From: Oopsacas minuta
Taxonomy: Eukaryota > Animalia > Porifera
Length of the DNA stretch: 64,000 nucleotides
Direction of reading: 5' to 3'
NCBI GenBank assembly: GCA_024704765.1
Contig: JAKMXF010000310.1
Coordinates: 310,001 to 374,000, forward strand
Shown here: positions 13,516 to 25,150 of the stretch, one piece after another
Layout: each line of letters begins with the position of its first letter
Numbering within the stretch: the first letter of the stretch is position 1
Position numbers and translations under genes: made by a program
Notes under the pieces: generated by a model
The model's input: only the letters and a program-made list of their open reading frames with translations
Told to the model about the DNA's origin: nothing
The model's database searches: none

Positions 13516-14142
13516 TCAATCCAGATCTTCATCTTCATTCATTATTACTGTTTTCTTAACACTAACATCTGCAGGAGCTCCCAATACAGGATCTCTTACT
13601 GTAGTCTGCTCTATAACATCAGGAATAGCATACTCATTCACTGAGTACATAACTCCCATAGCACCACTCATACCAGGTAGTTGAGACTGTGCCTGAGTAG
13701 TCATCTGTTCTATAGTAGGTAGCAGCATCTGTCCTAGCGGGGTAGCTAGCACATCTTGAGGGAGGTTCAGGATGTAATCAGGGGTGTAATCACCTGTTAG
13801 AAACTGTAATAATACATTAGTGAAGTTGTTGCAGTTATTAGTCATAACGTTGTACTGAGAAGTATGGTAGTCGGGTGATATCTCGTTTAGAAACTCTTTG
13901 AATGTGGCAGGAGGTATGTGGGTGGTACCCATATTCTCTATACGTAGAGGAGGTCCCATCATAGTTGTACCCGGAGGACAGCTGCAGATGCCTCCTGATC
14001 CGTAGAAATATTCCTGTCCATATACAACAACAGCTGTGTGCCATATCCCGTCTATCTGTTTGCCAATAAAAGACTGAGACAGCTGACTAGCCAAACCTCC
14101 ACTCAAGTCATAAACGTATAGCTTCACGCTGTAGCCGTTCAT
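13516..14142 (-). CDS. DESI1: Desumoylating isopeptidase 1 (PPPDE peptidase), intronless
   Basis: VKLYVYDLSGGLA..GKQIDGIWHT (catalytic His) ... YNVMTNNCNNFT (catalytic Cys). Confidence 0.93.
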   Translation of the reverse strand: MNGYSVKLYVYDLSGGLASQLSQSFIGKQIDGIWHTAVVVYGQEYFYGSGGICSCPPGTTMMGPPLRIENMGTTHIPPATFKEFLNEISPDYHTSQYNVMTNNCNNFTNVLLQFLTGDYTPDYILNLPQDVLATPLGQMLLPTIEQMTTQAQSQLPGMSGAMGVMYSVNEYAIPDVIEQTTVRDPVLGAPADVSVKKTVIMNEDEDLD

Positions 14143-14512
14143 ATCGTGTTATAGAGGATTAATATCAATATACTAGTTGTTGTATGTTGGGTTAAATAAG
14201 ATTTGTGAAGACTGATCGTAGATTACAGTATAGAAAAATTACAGAAAAATTGTTACAAAGCTAGTATACATTAGGGGATGTTAAATGCGGAGATCTAGAA
14301 CTTCGTTTCGAAATATTTTGGTGGTTTCTATATAAACTACAAAAAGTAAAATAAACGAAAGCACTTGGATATTTAGAAATTGCGAAATCTTTTAAAATAT
14401 TTTCCTTGGCAACGAAAAACAGACAGACAGTACAGGTAAAGAGACATTGAGGTATGGCTCAAGGACTTTAAGGTTAACAAATGTGTTTGAAACACTATTA
14501 CATTTACTAAGA

Positions 14513-15715
14513 TTAATAGAATATCTGTAAATCTTAGTTCTCATTACGTGACACAGAGACTAATTTCCCGTCTGGAGTTATAGCTAGCCCCTCTGGCTTA
14601 ATAAACATTCCTTGTTGGTGTCCCTCCCTTCCTATTGAATGTAGGAGATTGTCTTCTGGAGAGAGAATACCCGAATCAAGTGAGTAGTATAATCACTAAT
14701 AACAAAGTTATTAAGTGGATCTAGACAGAAAAAGGAAAGAAAAGATCCATTTCCTATTCTCTGCTTAAGAGTGAGTGTATTTTAGGGTTAGCACGTGCAT
14801 ACATTGGTTGTCCAATGGACTTACTACGCACATGCGGTCCAGTAACACTTTTTAACATCAGCTGGCATTGACATTGACTGATGTGTAATATTTCGCAAAT
14901 GGTCAAGTTCTGTGTTGTTACTGCCATCTGCTATATACACATGACCAACTTGGTCTGTTGTTAGCTGAGCAGTAAATTTGAATTGTCCGTTCTTTGATCC
15001 GAACTCTCCTATCTTTGTAACAAGGCTCATATTAGTTAGAGTTAATTGGCTTAAAAGAACATTTAAAGCAGCAACTAACATACACAATATCCCTGTTAAT
15101 AGTTATCCCGTATGGATTATCCAGATATCCTACACCCAGCTGGTTGAGGTACTCTCCTGTGTTAGAGAATATGTCTACTCTGTTATTGTTAAAATTAGCT
15201 ACGTATATTTGGTTAGTAACTTCATGTACAGCTACACCTTGTGGTGTAATCAATTCACCATGATCTGAACCTTTCTTTCCAGAAGTGACAGTGGACATTT
15301 GGAATGTAGAATACTTTGATACACCTACTGGTTCTTGGACAATATCTCCGAGAAGAGAAATATATATTTTTAATTCACGTGTATCACACTGCCACTTTAA
15401 TTGGGTGTCGATAGGAATGTTGTTTCGCAGGTCTCTCAATTTGTGCTCCATTACTTGGATCATCCTCTCCTGCATGGACTGGAAGGCGTTTTCTTTTAGG
15501 TATCCTTGTAGGTGCAACCTTGCGTTAGTTAGTTATGTAATCATTTCCTAACGAGATATCTCTACAGGCCCTTTCTCCTCTCGTATGTCTCGGACTTGCT
15601 GTAACAGCAAAAATCTACGGACATTGAGTAACTGATGAGATTATTTATTGTGTAGTTAACATGTGTCTCTATAGGATCTACAGCTTGAGGTGGAATTGGG
15701 TAGCGATCTACCATT
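14513..15715 (-). pseudogene. Frameshifted coiled-coil + NHL-repeat (TRIM71-like) pseudogene
   Basis: Fragments GELITPQGVAVHEVTNQIYVANFNNNRVDIFS, GYLDNPYGITI, KIGEFGSKNGQFKF, FCLDPLNNFVISDYTTHLIRVFS, IGREGHQQGMFIKPEGLAITPDGK, with several frameshifts and stops. Confidence 0.8.
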
Positions 15716-17456
15716 AGATTTGATATACGAAGACGATTTAATTGTGCACTAGAACAAAATCAAAATACATTGTAACATCAATATTGTAGCGTCGATTTAG
15801 TACTGTTCTTCCAAGTCCCAGAAAACTCTTACTATGCAATTTGACATCAGTTTTGTAATATCTAGAAATAATTGCATAAGCTATGGTCTAAATATTATAC
15901 ATTATATCTCGATATTTCATAATGACTGAAGCTTGTTAATCTAGAATTAGAAGAAATGTCAAATATTTTTATGAATTTGCATTTGTATACGTTTGCAACA
16001 AAATTTGACAATTAATCAATTATGAATAATTCCAATTGATATCGCCTGGAAACTTGGTTCCACAAAGTAAGCACACCTTATGAGTACGATTCTTTTCGGC
16101 CCTTCCCTCACTTGTAAATTAGAGAAACACCACTGTACAGATATACATGATGTTATCACGCAGATAAATTAAAAGTTATACATGAAGGGGCTTTGGTGGA
16201 CAAGCGAGCCGTGGAGCACAAATAAGGGAAGCGTGTTTTTATGATCGCCAGCCAACTAGTACCATGTGTCAACTCAACATCGATGGCGGAAAATTCTCTG
16301 ATCAAACTGCTGGAGGTGCGTGTATAACTAGTACAAGAAAAACTCTGGGTTCAAAAGCAATAAGAAATACTCTAAGACAACAACATCGAGCGGAGTAGAA
16401 TAGGTACAAGTTGACCGAAATAAGAGATACGAGTTGACTGGCTCCAATTTATAATAAGATAATTCAACAAGTTGAAAAATCAAATTAGAAGTATTCAAAA
16501 TTCAAAATTAATTATGTGGTCCTGTCCCAGGATTAAATTTTTGAGGGCCACTGACCTGATTCTTATGTCTATGCACTATATAGTGCTTCATAGCTTTAAT
16601 TGTATGCCCAGATCTTGTTTAGAAGTAATGGAATTTGGATAATTATATAAAGTTTCTACTATGATGAAACAAAACATGCCATAAAAAAGCCATTCCAAAG
16701 TAGAGCTATCATTACCAACTCTTCAATCAATATGATTCTGTATTATATTAGAAAAATTCTATAGAATTCATAAGGCTTTCTTGCACAGATAATACTGATG
16801 GACAACCAATTAGAAGATCATCGATGGTATATATTAACACCTGTGATTCTATCCCTATAGACAACTCTACCGAATACAGATTATCACAAAATTCCACAGA
16901 CGAGATTATCTTTGTTGATAACGATAGTATAATCGTTGCATGAATAATTTCACATAATATATCATTTATTTTAGCAATATATTCTTTTCAATTTCAAGAG
17001 CTTCTATCTTTATAGGCCTCATGTAAACTTCTATAAAAGGTAATACAATTATTATAGACTGAAAAATTTTGGAAATACAATTTTTGATCAGCGATTATGT
17101 AAATTTGGATCATAGTGGAATCGACGATAAATTATAACGATATAAGATACGCGACTGTAATTAGATGGAAGGATTTACGGACCATTTGACCACTTTGTTA
17201 TAAGAGGAAGTTAGTTGAATCAGACTTGGTCATAACAGGATTTTAATGTAATAAATTATACCTGAAGAAATTACGTATCTTCAAACACTGAAATCTATAA
17301 TTTGCAATAACTTAATAAGAGCTGTCCTAAAATGAGAACACTAACTTTCTGGGTGAAATATACTTGATACATACAGTTGTAATTACCTATATTAATTAAT
17401 ATCCAATATTATACCCACTATAGTTTCTATAAGCTCTAATTTAGATCACATACATC

Positions 17457-17843
17457 ATGACAACTAGAACCTACAATGCTCTTTATGAAGTAGCTAGCCA
17501 CACTGATGATACACCATTCAAAGCTCAGAGTAATAGCAATCTTCAGAGTCCCTTAAATGTTCATAACTTCACAAACAGACAAGTTACTGCCTGTTGTATG
17601 CTGTGTTCCATACTCAACTATATCTGCTGTCCACTCCTTGGTATACCAGCTCTAATATTTGCTATTTTGGGTACAGAAGCGGACAAGAGGGAGGATGTGG
17701 AAGCTGCGAAATCTCATGCCTTCCATCTCAAGATATTTAATATTATCTATACAGTTATATTTATTCTCCACGCTACCTTTTACATTCTCGTTTTGATAAT
17801 TGTAATATTGATGTCTATTACTGGCTCCTTTGATGCTCGCTGA
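17457..17843 (+). CDS. CD225/dispanin (IFITM-like) protein, paralog 1
   Basis: CSILNYICCPLLGIPALIFAILGTEADKREDVEAAKSHA..KIFNII followed by a TM helix; CD225 pattern. Confidence 0.82.
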   Translation: MTTRTYNALYEVASHTDDTPFKAQSNSNLQSPLNVHNFTNRQVTACCMLCSILNYICCPLLGIPALIFAILGTEADKREDVEAAKSHAFHLKIFNIIYTVIFILHATFYILVLIIVILMSITGSFDAR

Positions 17844-18892
17844 CCTTATCCTACTCATCTCTTCGTTCTTGCTTAATACTTATATTTATATCTTAGGTAT
17901 TATCTGTATAAGTACATACATACATACATATATATTGAAAATATTAGTTTTCCCTAATTATTCCTCTAGAATATTATCACAATGATATTTATTGGGTATA
18001 AAAGAAGGCAGAGAGACAATGCAATTTCCCACTCTTGACATTATGTCATTAATTTATCATAGTCAGTTAAACGGGACTGTATATTTTGATCAGAAATTAT
18101 ATAGAATTTTGAGTTGTTCAGGTTTGATATCATATGGATTCTGAGAAATATCCCTGGCATGCGTTTTGTTATTTGGAGTTGTTGATTTTGATTTTTCTTT
18201 GAAATAACTGAAAACCAGCCCGTACATGTTTCAACAGCGTTTTCTGATCAAAATTCTACATAAAGTCGAATTTTGATCAGAAGGTCGAAATCTATATATG
18301 AATTCTGCCTTTTCTGATAAACTACACAGCCTCGCCAAAGCTTAGCTTACTTCTGACCATAAAAGTGAAGACTACTGTATGTTAAAATTGGGATTCCGAC
18401 AATTCGGTACATTACAATCAGTATGGAGTAAATAGAAACTTGATAGAATATGCTTCTAATCTCAAAATACGAGAGCACGATAATTCATCACAAATGATAT
18501 ATGGATTATTAGAACCCTGGGTAAGAACGAGTAAATTAGAACTAATTAGCTCCTTGTTGATGTATTTACAAGCAAACATCAACTACAAATCATTTATGTC
18601 TCAAGAAAATATCCACAGGCCCACAATTGATTTTTTCTTCGAGGGGTAGCTCATGAAATAGCTTTGATATTTTGCATAATTCCATTTCAAGAATACAAAG
18701 AAATTACCTAATATTGAATTGTACGTATACACAAATACCAAATTCATGAATGTATAACTTTAAACGAATAAGCAATCCGTGCTATAACCCCCCCCTAGAA
18801 TTCTGGAGATGCTACCAATCTCTGGATTGTTTGGGCTGCTAGCAAACTGGAGCAATTGACAACAACCGCAGTGGCTCCAAAGAGGAATTGCT

Positions 18893-18986
18893 AACTCGGT
18901 ACATGGATTATCGGTGCATTTCCAAATTCTCAGAAGCGTCTGCTCCTGAGAATTTGGAAATGTACCAATAATCCATGTATCGGGTT
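18893..18986 (+). other. 94-nt near-perfect inverted repeat (41-bp stem, 12-nt loop)
   Basis: Arms 18893-18933 and 18946-18986: 37 Watson-Crick pairs, 3 G-U and 1 C-A on the + strand. Confidence 0.85.
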
Positions 18987-19089
18987 GTCGTGTACCGAAT
19001 AGTCGGTATCCCGTTAAAGTATAGTACGTACTTAGATATAGATATTAAATGAATTATGTATCAGCACTTTCTGAGTAATTTATAAATAT

Positions 19090-19490
19090 ATGAGCCTTTG
19101 GCTCGTCGCTTCGCGATGAACTGGCGCATTGCGCCTCGAGATATTCAACAGACAAGTAACAATTGAGCTTTAATAATATTGATGTTGTTTACAATATTCA
19201 GACTCAGCATACTCGAATACCCCAGTATAGTCGTTGAAAGTATGATTCTACCTCAATTTTAAATTTGTTTACTTTAAATTCATAAAAACAACAATAAATT
19301 TGCATATGATTAATTCAAAAGTGTGAAAATCTGATTCAGCATGTACGATATATTTAGTGAAGTTTTGTTCGAATTCTATTTACTTCCTTTGGTAAACACG
19401 ATAAATACATAGTTATGCTACAATTTCAAAATTGCATACCATAAATCCTTTCCTTGACAACAGACAAACAATCAAACAAACAAACAATTG
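19090..19490 (+). repeat. Dispersed repeat family with (CAAA)n tail (tentatively HINE/Helentron-like non-autonomous element)
   Basis: Shared core aaaagtgtgaaaatc.gattcagcatg..cgatatatttagtgaagtttt..gaattctatttacttcctt..taaacacgataaatacatagttatg; other copies at ~24770-25070, ~42420-43010, 43330-43611 and 46257-46392. Confidence 0.8.
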
Positions 19491-19899
19491 AGATTTAATC
19501 ATATAGATTTTCCTGAAGTATTTTATCTATTTGAAAAAGATCTTTTCCCGCTTGTTCTTTCTCTAAATCTTCTCACAACTATTCTTCTAATATTCTCTCT
19601 TCTTTTAGCCAGTAATGTATTCCTATCGAATCCACCTAAAAAGTTAGCAAAAGTGTTACTACTGAGTAAAATCATTATACAGTTTATCTGACACTGTTAC
19701 TTTCCTAATTTATTAGCTTTGATAAATAATTCAGGAAAACTTATACAGTAGAACTCGGTTTACACCTACTCGGCTTAAGACATTCTTTTCTCCAAAATGG
19801 ATTATCTATTATTGTACTATTTGTATACTAAAAATATTCGAGTAAGACGTAATTGTAGAAAATAAAATTCAACAATTCCAATACTATTAGCTTACCTGT

Positions 19900-20200
19900 T
19901 TAGAGTATTGCATACTTTCACGAAGTCCTTATATTTCATCATGAGTATATAGGGCTTAAGTAGGTGAATTATATTATTAGAATTCATTCCATCTTCTAGG
20001 AGTTCAATTTTCGTTTCCCAATCATCTCTAAAGTATTGACGAATTTCGAACATATGTATATATTTAATTCCACATTCCTTTGCTGTCTTAGCATAGTTAG
20101 GACGAATACAACAATTCCTAAAATTTCTTTTGTTGATCGAAGTTATTTTATAATTTCAATCTGGGAATCATTAATATATATTAAACGTTCTAAACAGCTG
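19900..20200 (-). pseudogene. Possible remnant of a pogo/Tigger-type transposase N-terminal HTH
   Basis: Minus-strand reading RPNYAKTAKECGIKYIH with in-frame stops; resemblance only. Confidence 0.3.
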
Positions 20201-21907
20201 AATGAGTATGCCTGAGAAATTTAGTACAACTGACTCCGCTAGTCGGAGTACTGGTCATTCTAGGCATGCATAATACATTTTGAGACCATATTGCAATGGT
20301 TTTGGCCCAGTTTAACGAAACTTCATTATTAACCGATTACGCCGAAGTGTTACATTCGTAACGAAAAGGAATACGTTAATTTTACCACATCCTTTTAACC
20401 AATTCCTGCACCAAAAAAGACATTTAGCACCATTTTGATGTTATAAATCACAGATTTTCCTGGCAGTATTCGTTTAAAGACAAACTTTATAAAGCCAAGA
20501 GAAAGTTATAATTTCTCAGGAGGAATTGTATAACCATGAATTCATATTTGGAGGAACGCTTATATATCTTCAGTGATAATATCAGAGAGAATTGCTTAAA
20601 CGTAGGTATTTGGTACAACTTAGACAAATTTCAGGTAAATTACAGTCAAAAATGTCAAATAGTAATATGCAATACATTTATTCGGGGCAAATGCACCGTT
20701 TCTGTAATATCGAAATTAGATGGAATTTGTTGAAGCGGGTTACATATCCCTTGTCCAGTTACTCTTATGATATCATTGGTATTGACTGTGGAGTAAAATT
20801 AAACTATTCCAATTTTAGGGGGGGCTTTCATCGGCGAACTGAGTCCGACACTTATACTCAAGAAGCTAAATCTCAGAATGATGCTGTTTGATTGTTAGAA
20901 TATAGTCAGTTTTGAGTAGAAACGACTGTGTTCAAGTAATTAAATGATTACATACGTAGTTAGCATTCAAACATCGTTAAGAAAGTAATTAGTTAAAGAG
21001 TTGTTCCCCTAAATTGTAATTATTGTTTAATTACTTTAATACTATGAAAATTACCATAAAAATAACAAATAAGACACAAAAATCAAAATATACATAGTAA
21101 ATATGTTATACTGGTAGCTGTGAATAAATTGAACTGATCCTTGGGAGACGTCGATTTATTTTTCTCAGAAGAGTGAAAATTTTAAAGATAATTTTGGATT
21201 TAGGGAGCTATTACACAAAAAGGGATGAACATAGGCATTCGGTTTTGATATATTTTGAACAAAGTATCCTACATAACATTTGTAAAAAATAACACCATAT
21301 TTAGGCACAGCGATCAAGAAAATATGACGAATTTAACGAAGGGGGACTCAAAAAAATAGGAAATATTACATTAGGCCACTGTTAATGAGAAACTTGTTTC
21401 AGCTCCATATGAGATCCACAAGAGCCTGCATCATTATCACTATCTTGTGATAAGAGAATAGGTATGCTAATGCTATACGAAGAAAGTCATCCTTATTATC
21501 CTACTAGCTAGTTTATACATCGTGTAGCTGAATTACATTTAGTAAATGGTCAGATAATAACAAAAATGACAATATTAGTACCGTAGCCAAATCAGATGTG
21601 GGAGGACTGCGGAGGAGCTGAAAGATGTTTCCAACTAACAGTGGCCTTATATTATAAATACAAAATAAAATTTCGTAACAGTGGATACTGTATAGGGCTA
21701 GGAAAAAGTAGTATCGAAACTAGGGATATACGTACATTAATTTGTCCCCTTCATTCAATATTCTCCAGCCTGAGTTAACGAATAATATAATGAGTAAAGG
21801 CTGACATTACTCCTCCTATTGTATATAAATCCATATACAAATATTATAATCACTTACCTCAAGATGCTTACTCTTACGAATTATTACCGTATATTACTTC
21901 CTTATTA

Positions 21908-22050
21908 GGTCATGTAAAGTAATATACTTGTTTCTCATCCCCTCTCGAAAGATTTTATATGTATTTTTATAATACCGATAAAAATACCACCCGCCGTCCC
22001 ATTTTCCGAAGAAATTCCGAATGAGAAACAAATATTTAATTTACATGGCT
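21908..22050. mobile_element. Short PIF/Harbinger MITE, same TIR family as 9341-10026
   Basis: TTA|ggtcatgtaaagtaatatacttgtttctcatcc ... gaatgagaaacaaatatttaatttacatggct|TTA. Confidence 0.72.
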
Positions 22051-22419
22051 TTACATACATACAGTAGTTTATACAGCGGCGAAAGTGTGTCATTTCGTAG
22101 AGAAACTTGTACCGCCATTAGTTTGGACCAAGGTTGATTATATATATTGGTATAAATGTCATAGCCAGCATTGGTTGACTATTGGCGAAATGAGCGAAGG
22201 AGTTAGAATAAGACGCGACAGTCTACGTCCCTGTACTAATACGTAATACAAATAGTAGAGGAATTACTTCTATTATGATAAAATAGACATGAAAACACTA
22301 AATAAGTGAAGATGTAGGCTTAGTAAGTCAATAAATAGAATAAAGTACAATATTATGAGTTGTAAGTCCAATCATAGTCGTCTAAGATCATGACCTAATG
22401 CATGCAAGGAATAGATTAT

Positions 22420-22860
22420 TCAGTTTGAATTTGGATAGTAGTAAGTTGGATATTCAGTTGGATAGGGGAAATTATCCGAAGCTTGTTTCACGACAATAAT
22501 AATTCCGATAATACAACTCAAAGAATAGAAACTAAAAAGTATCAATGAGATGACAACCTTCACTGCATAGATAATGTTGAATACCTTGAGGTAGAATGAA
22601 TGAGATTTAGCAGCTTCCAACTCTCCCCTCTTCTCAGCTTCTATACCCAAAATAGCAAATATTAGAGCTGGTATACCAAGGCATGGACAGCAGAGATAGT
22701 TGAGTATGGAACACAGCAGACAAAAGGCAGAGACTTGTCTGTGTGTGACGTCATGAACAGTTACGGTAGTCTCATGGGTGACAGTAGTCTGAGGATGGAG
22801 TGGTAGCTCATCAGAGTAGCTGGGTACTTGTTCGAGAGGAGTGTATTGTCCTGATGTCAT
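22420..22860 (-). CDS. CD225/dispanin (IFITM-like) protein, paralog 2
   Basis: MTSGQYTPL..VHDVTHRQVSAFCLLCSILNYLCCPCLGIPALIFAILGIEAEKRGELEAAKSHS; start taken at the Met matching paralog 3. Confidence 0.85.
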   Translation of the reverse strand: MTSGQYTPLEQVPSYSDELPLHPQTTVTHETTVTVHDVTHRQVSAFCLLCSILNYLCCPCLGIPALIFAILGIEAEKRGELEAAKSHSFYLKVFNIIYAVKVVISLILFSFYSLSCIIGIIIVVKQASDNFPYPTEYPTYYYPNSN

Positions 22861-23317
22861 GATGGTATATGATCTAAATATCATAGTACATATTGATTAT
22901 TTAATTATATTATTTATTATTTACCATTCTAGAAACCATGTCTCACCCTGAGTTACATTTCAATTTATTCGTATTTCTGAAATATAAACTTACTACTCCT
23001 AGAATTAGACCCATATAATAGATAAATAGTATTTAAGGAGTAAGTAAGACTGTACTGGACAGACACTAATACGGTAAGACTATGTATATCTATTTATCCG
23101 AGCGAGTTGTGGAGACTGTTGACAGGACATGTTGTACATGCTTATTCAAGCATATGCAAAGCGCCTATAGACATCTGAATTTCAGAGAAAGTGAATAAAA
23201 TATTTAAGGAAAGAAAAGTAGTTTTGTTCAAATTAAGTGATAGTAAGAATAATAGAGACCAAGGATCATAGTCGTCTATGTGCTGTACCCATCTGATGGA
23301 TTACTGCAAGGGAGAGA

Positions 23318-23728
23318 TCAGTAATGGTCTGAAGTAGCCGTACCTTTAATCAGGGCCACAATGAACACGATAAAGAACAGCAAACAACAGAGACTAGAAA
23401 ATATCAAAAATATTATCAACTTGACTGCATAGATAATATTAAATATCTTGAGATGGAAGGCATGAGATTTCGCGGCTTCAAACTCTCCTCTCTTCTCAGC
23501 TTCAATACCCATGATAGCAAATATTAGAGCTGGTATACCAAGGAATGGACAGCAGAGATAGTTGAGTATGGAACACAGCAGACACAAGGCAGTAACTTGT
23601 TCATCAGTGACATCATGAACAGTAGCAATTTTGTGAGAGGAGCTAGACTCTGTATTCAGAGGATGGAGTGGTATCTCATCATGATTTGTAGGTAGTTCTT
23701 GAATAGGAGTGTATTGTCCAGTTGTCAT
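23318..23728 (-). CDS. CD225/dispanin (IFITM-like) protein, paralog 3
   Basis: MTTGQYTPI..CSILNYLCCPFLGIPALIFAIMGIEAEKRGEFEAAKSHA; tandem duplicate of paralog 2. Confidence 0.85.
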   Translation of the reverse strand: MTTGQYTPIQELPTNHDEIPLHPLNTESSSSHKIATVHDVTDEQVTALCLLCSILNYLCCPFLGIPALIFAIMGIEAEKRGEFEAAKSHAFHLKIFNIIYAVKLIIFLIFSSLCCLLFFIVFIVALIKGTATSDHY

Positions 23729-24239
23729 TACCAGTAGATATAGAAGGTAGTAATATTAGCTAAAAGTACGTAGTATAAAAGTACAAGACTGAGGTTCAAT
23801 TTCAAAATCATACAGTTTATACTGTAGAGTGTTAACAATTTGTCAGTAAATGACAATTGTCATTTGCATTTGACTGTTCGCAACACCAAAAGGCAAAGAT
23901 CGATATTCAATAGTAATAAAACTCATAGATATATATCTATTATCTGAGTATGATGTCTAATACTATTAGTGCATATAAACACCAATACGTCTACTGTTAA
24001 GAATGGATGGTGTAGAGCATCCACCATCGTATTCCCCTTAAGAGAAAGACAATATATTGGCATTGAATTAATACATATTTGGCAAGTGTTTTTGTTCAAT
24101 AAGTTGAAGAATTACAACATACGTATTTGAGGATAATTGAATATCCAAGGTGAAAAATAGAAAGAATAATAATAATGAATTGAACAAACAGCGAATAATA
24201 CTGTTTAATTACAAGAATAATCATAATCATTCACACAGC

Positions 24240-24670
24240 CTGCAAATCTGAATTTACTTCTTGGCTCTACTATAATACACACCTCCTCACGACCAACAAC
24301 CATATAACTAACCTATATCCTACTAGATACACTCCCACACCACCAATATCTCTCTGATCTATAGTCTCTTCACACATGGGACATTTCAGCTTAAATATTT
24401 CAGAATTAGCATACATGTCCCTCCAGTTGAGTCATAAAAACCTTTCCTTATCATACTACCTCACATGAAGTCTCTCTACATGTTCCTGAGAAATTTAGTA
24501 ACAGATCTCCAGACATTACCCTGACCATTTGGAAGGAAATCGATGAACTTATCATGAGAAGTGACGTCAGTAAATCTCAGTGGTGTAAACCCTCCTGGTC
24601 CACCTCCTAGTTGCTCCACATATAATTTAATAGCAGAACCTGGAGTAATTTCATTATCTTTAAGAGTTCC
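24240..24670 (-). pseudogene. Broken ubiquitin-like-domain + Cys-rich (CPMC) protein remnant
   Basis: TLKDNEITPGSAIKLYVEQLGGG (end of a Ubl fold) - FTDV - WRSVTK - GTCRETSCE - LKCPMCEETID, with frameshifts. Confidence 0.45.
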
Positions 24671-24769
24671 TCAGTTGATTGTGTGTGTGTGTGTGATCTT
24701 CGTCTATTAGACACTGAGCAACTGGTACAAGTCAAGTTGCACGCTTTATCACAAGTTTTAACTCTGATA

Positions 24770-25070
24770 TTTTGTAATGTCTTTTCATAATTATGTATTT
24801 ATTGTGTTTATCAAGGAAGTAAAAAGAATTCAATAAAACTTCACAAAATATATCAAACATGCTGAATCCGATTTTCACACTTTTGGATGAATCATGTGTA
24901 AATTTATTGTTGTTTATTATGAATATAAAGTAAACAAATTAGCCAAATCTCGAATATACGTACTGGCTTGCTCTAAACGGCTACCCAGGGGTAACTAAGT
25001 AGGCTGAACCAAAATTTCGCATTTTAAGTTACTCATTTGTAAATGTATTGTTGTTTATTTTATGAATATA
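24770..25070 (-). repeat. Copy of the dispersed repeat family
   Basis: Reverse complement of the 19270-19430 core, plus the ctaaacggctacccaggggtaact module also seen at ~43465. Confidence 0.75.
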
Positions 25071-25086
25071 AACGAGTTTATCAGGT

Positions 25087-25150
25087 GTCACTTCTCGTGT
25101 AGAAGTGGACACTATTTTGACTGTTGTCTACTATGCTGTTTGGAGTTACT
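25087..25150 (-). pseudogene. Small orphan fragment of the NHL-repeat family
   Basis: cacttctcgtgtagaagtggacac...ctactatgctgtttggagtta closely matches 63926-63990. Confidence 0.55.

Noticed and set aside
22940-23830. ISRE-like GAAANNGAA motifs upstream of dispanins 2 and 3
   Set aside because: Only mismatched hits, not shared by all paralogs, and expected by chance in AT-rich DNA.
23990-24045. DALHHPFL resembling kinase subdomain XI
   Set aside because: An isolated 8-aa resemblance with no other kinase motifs nearby.
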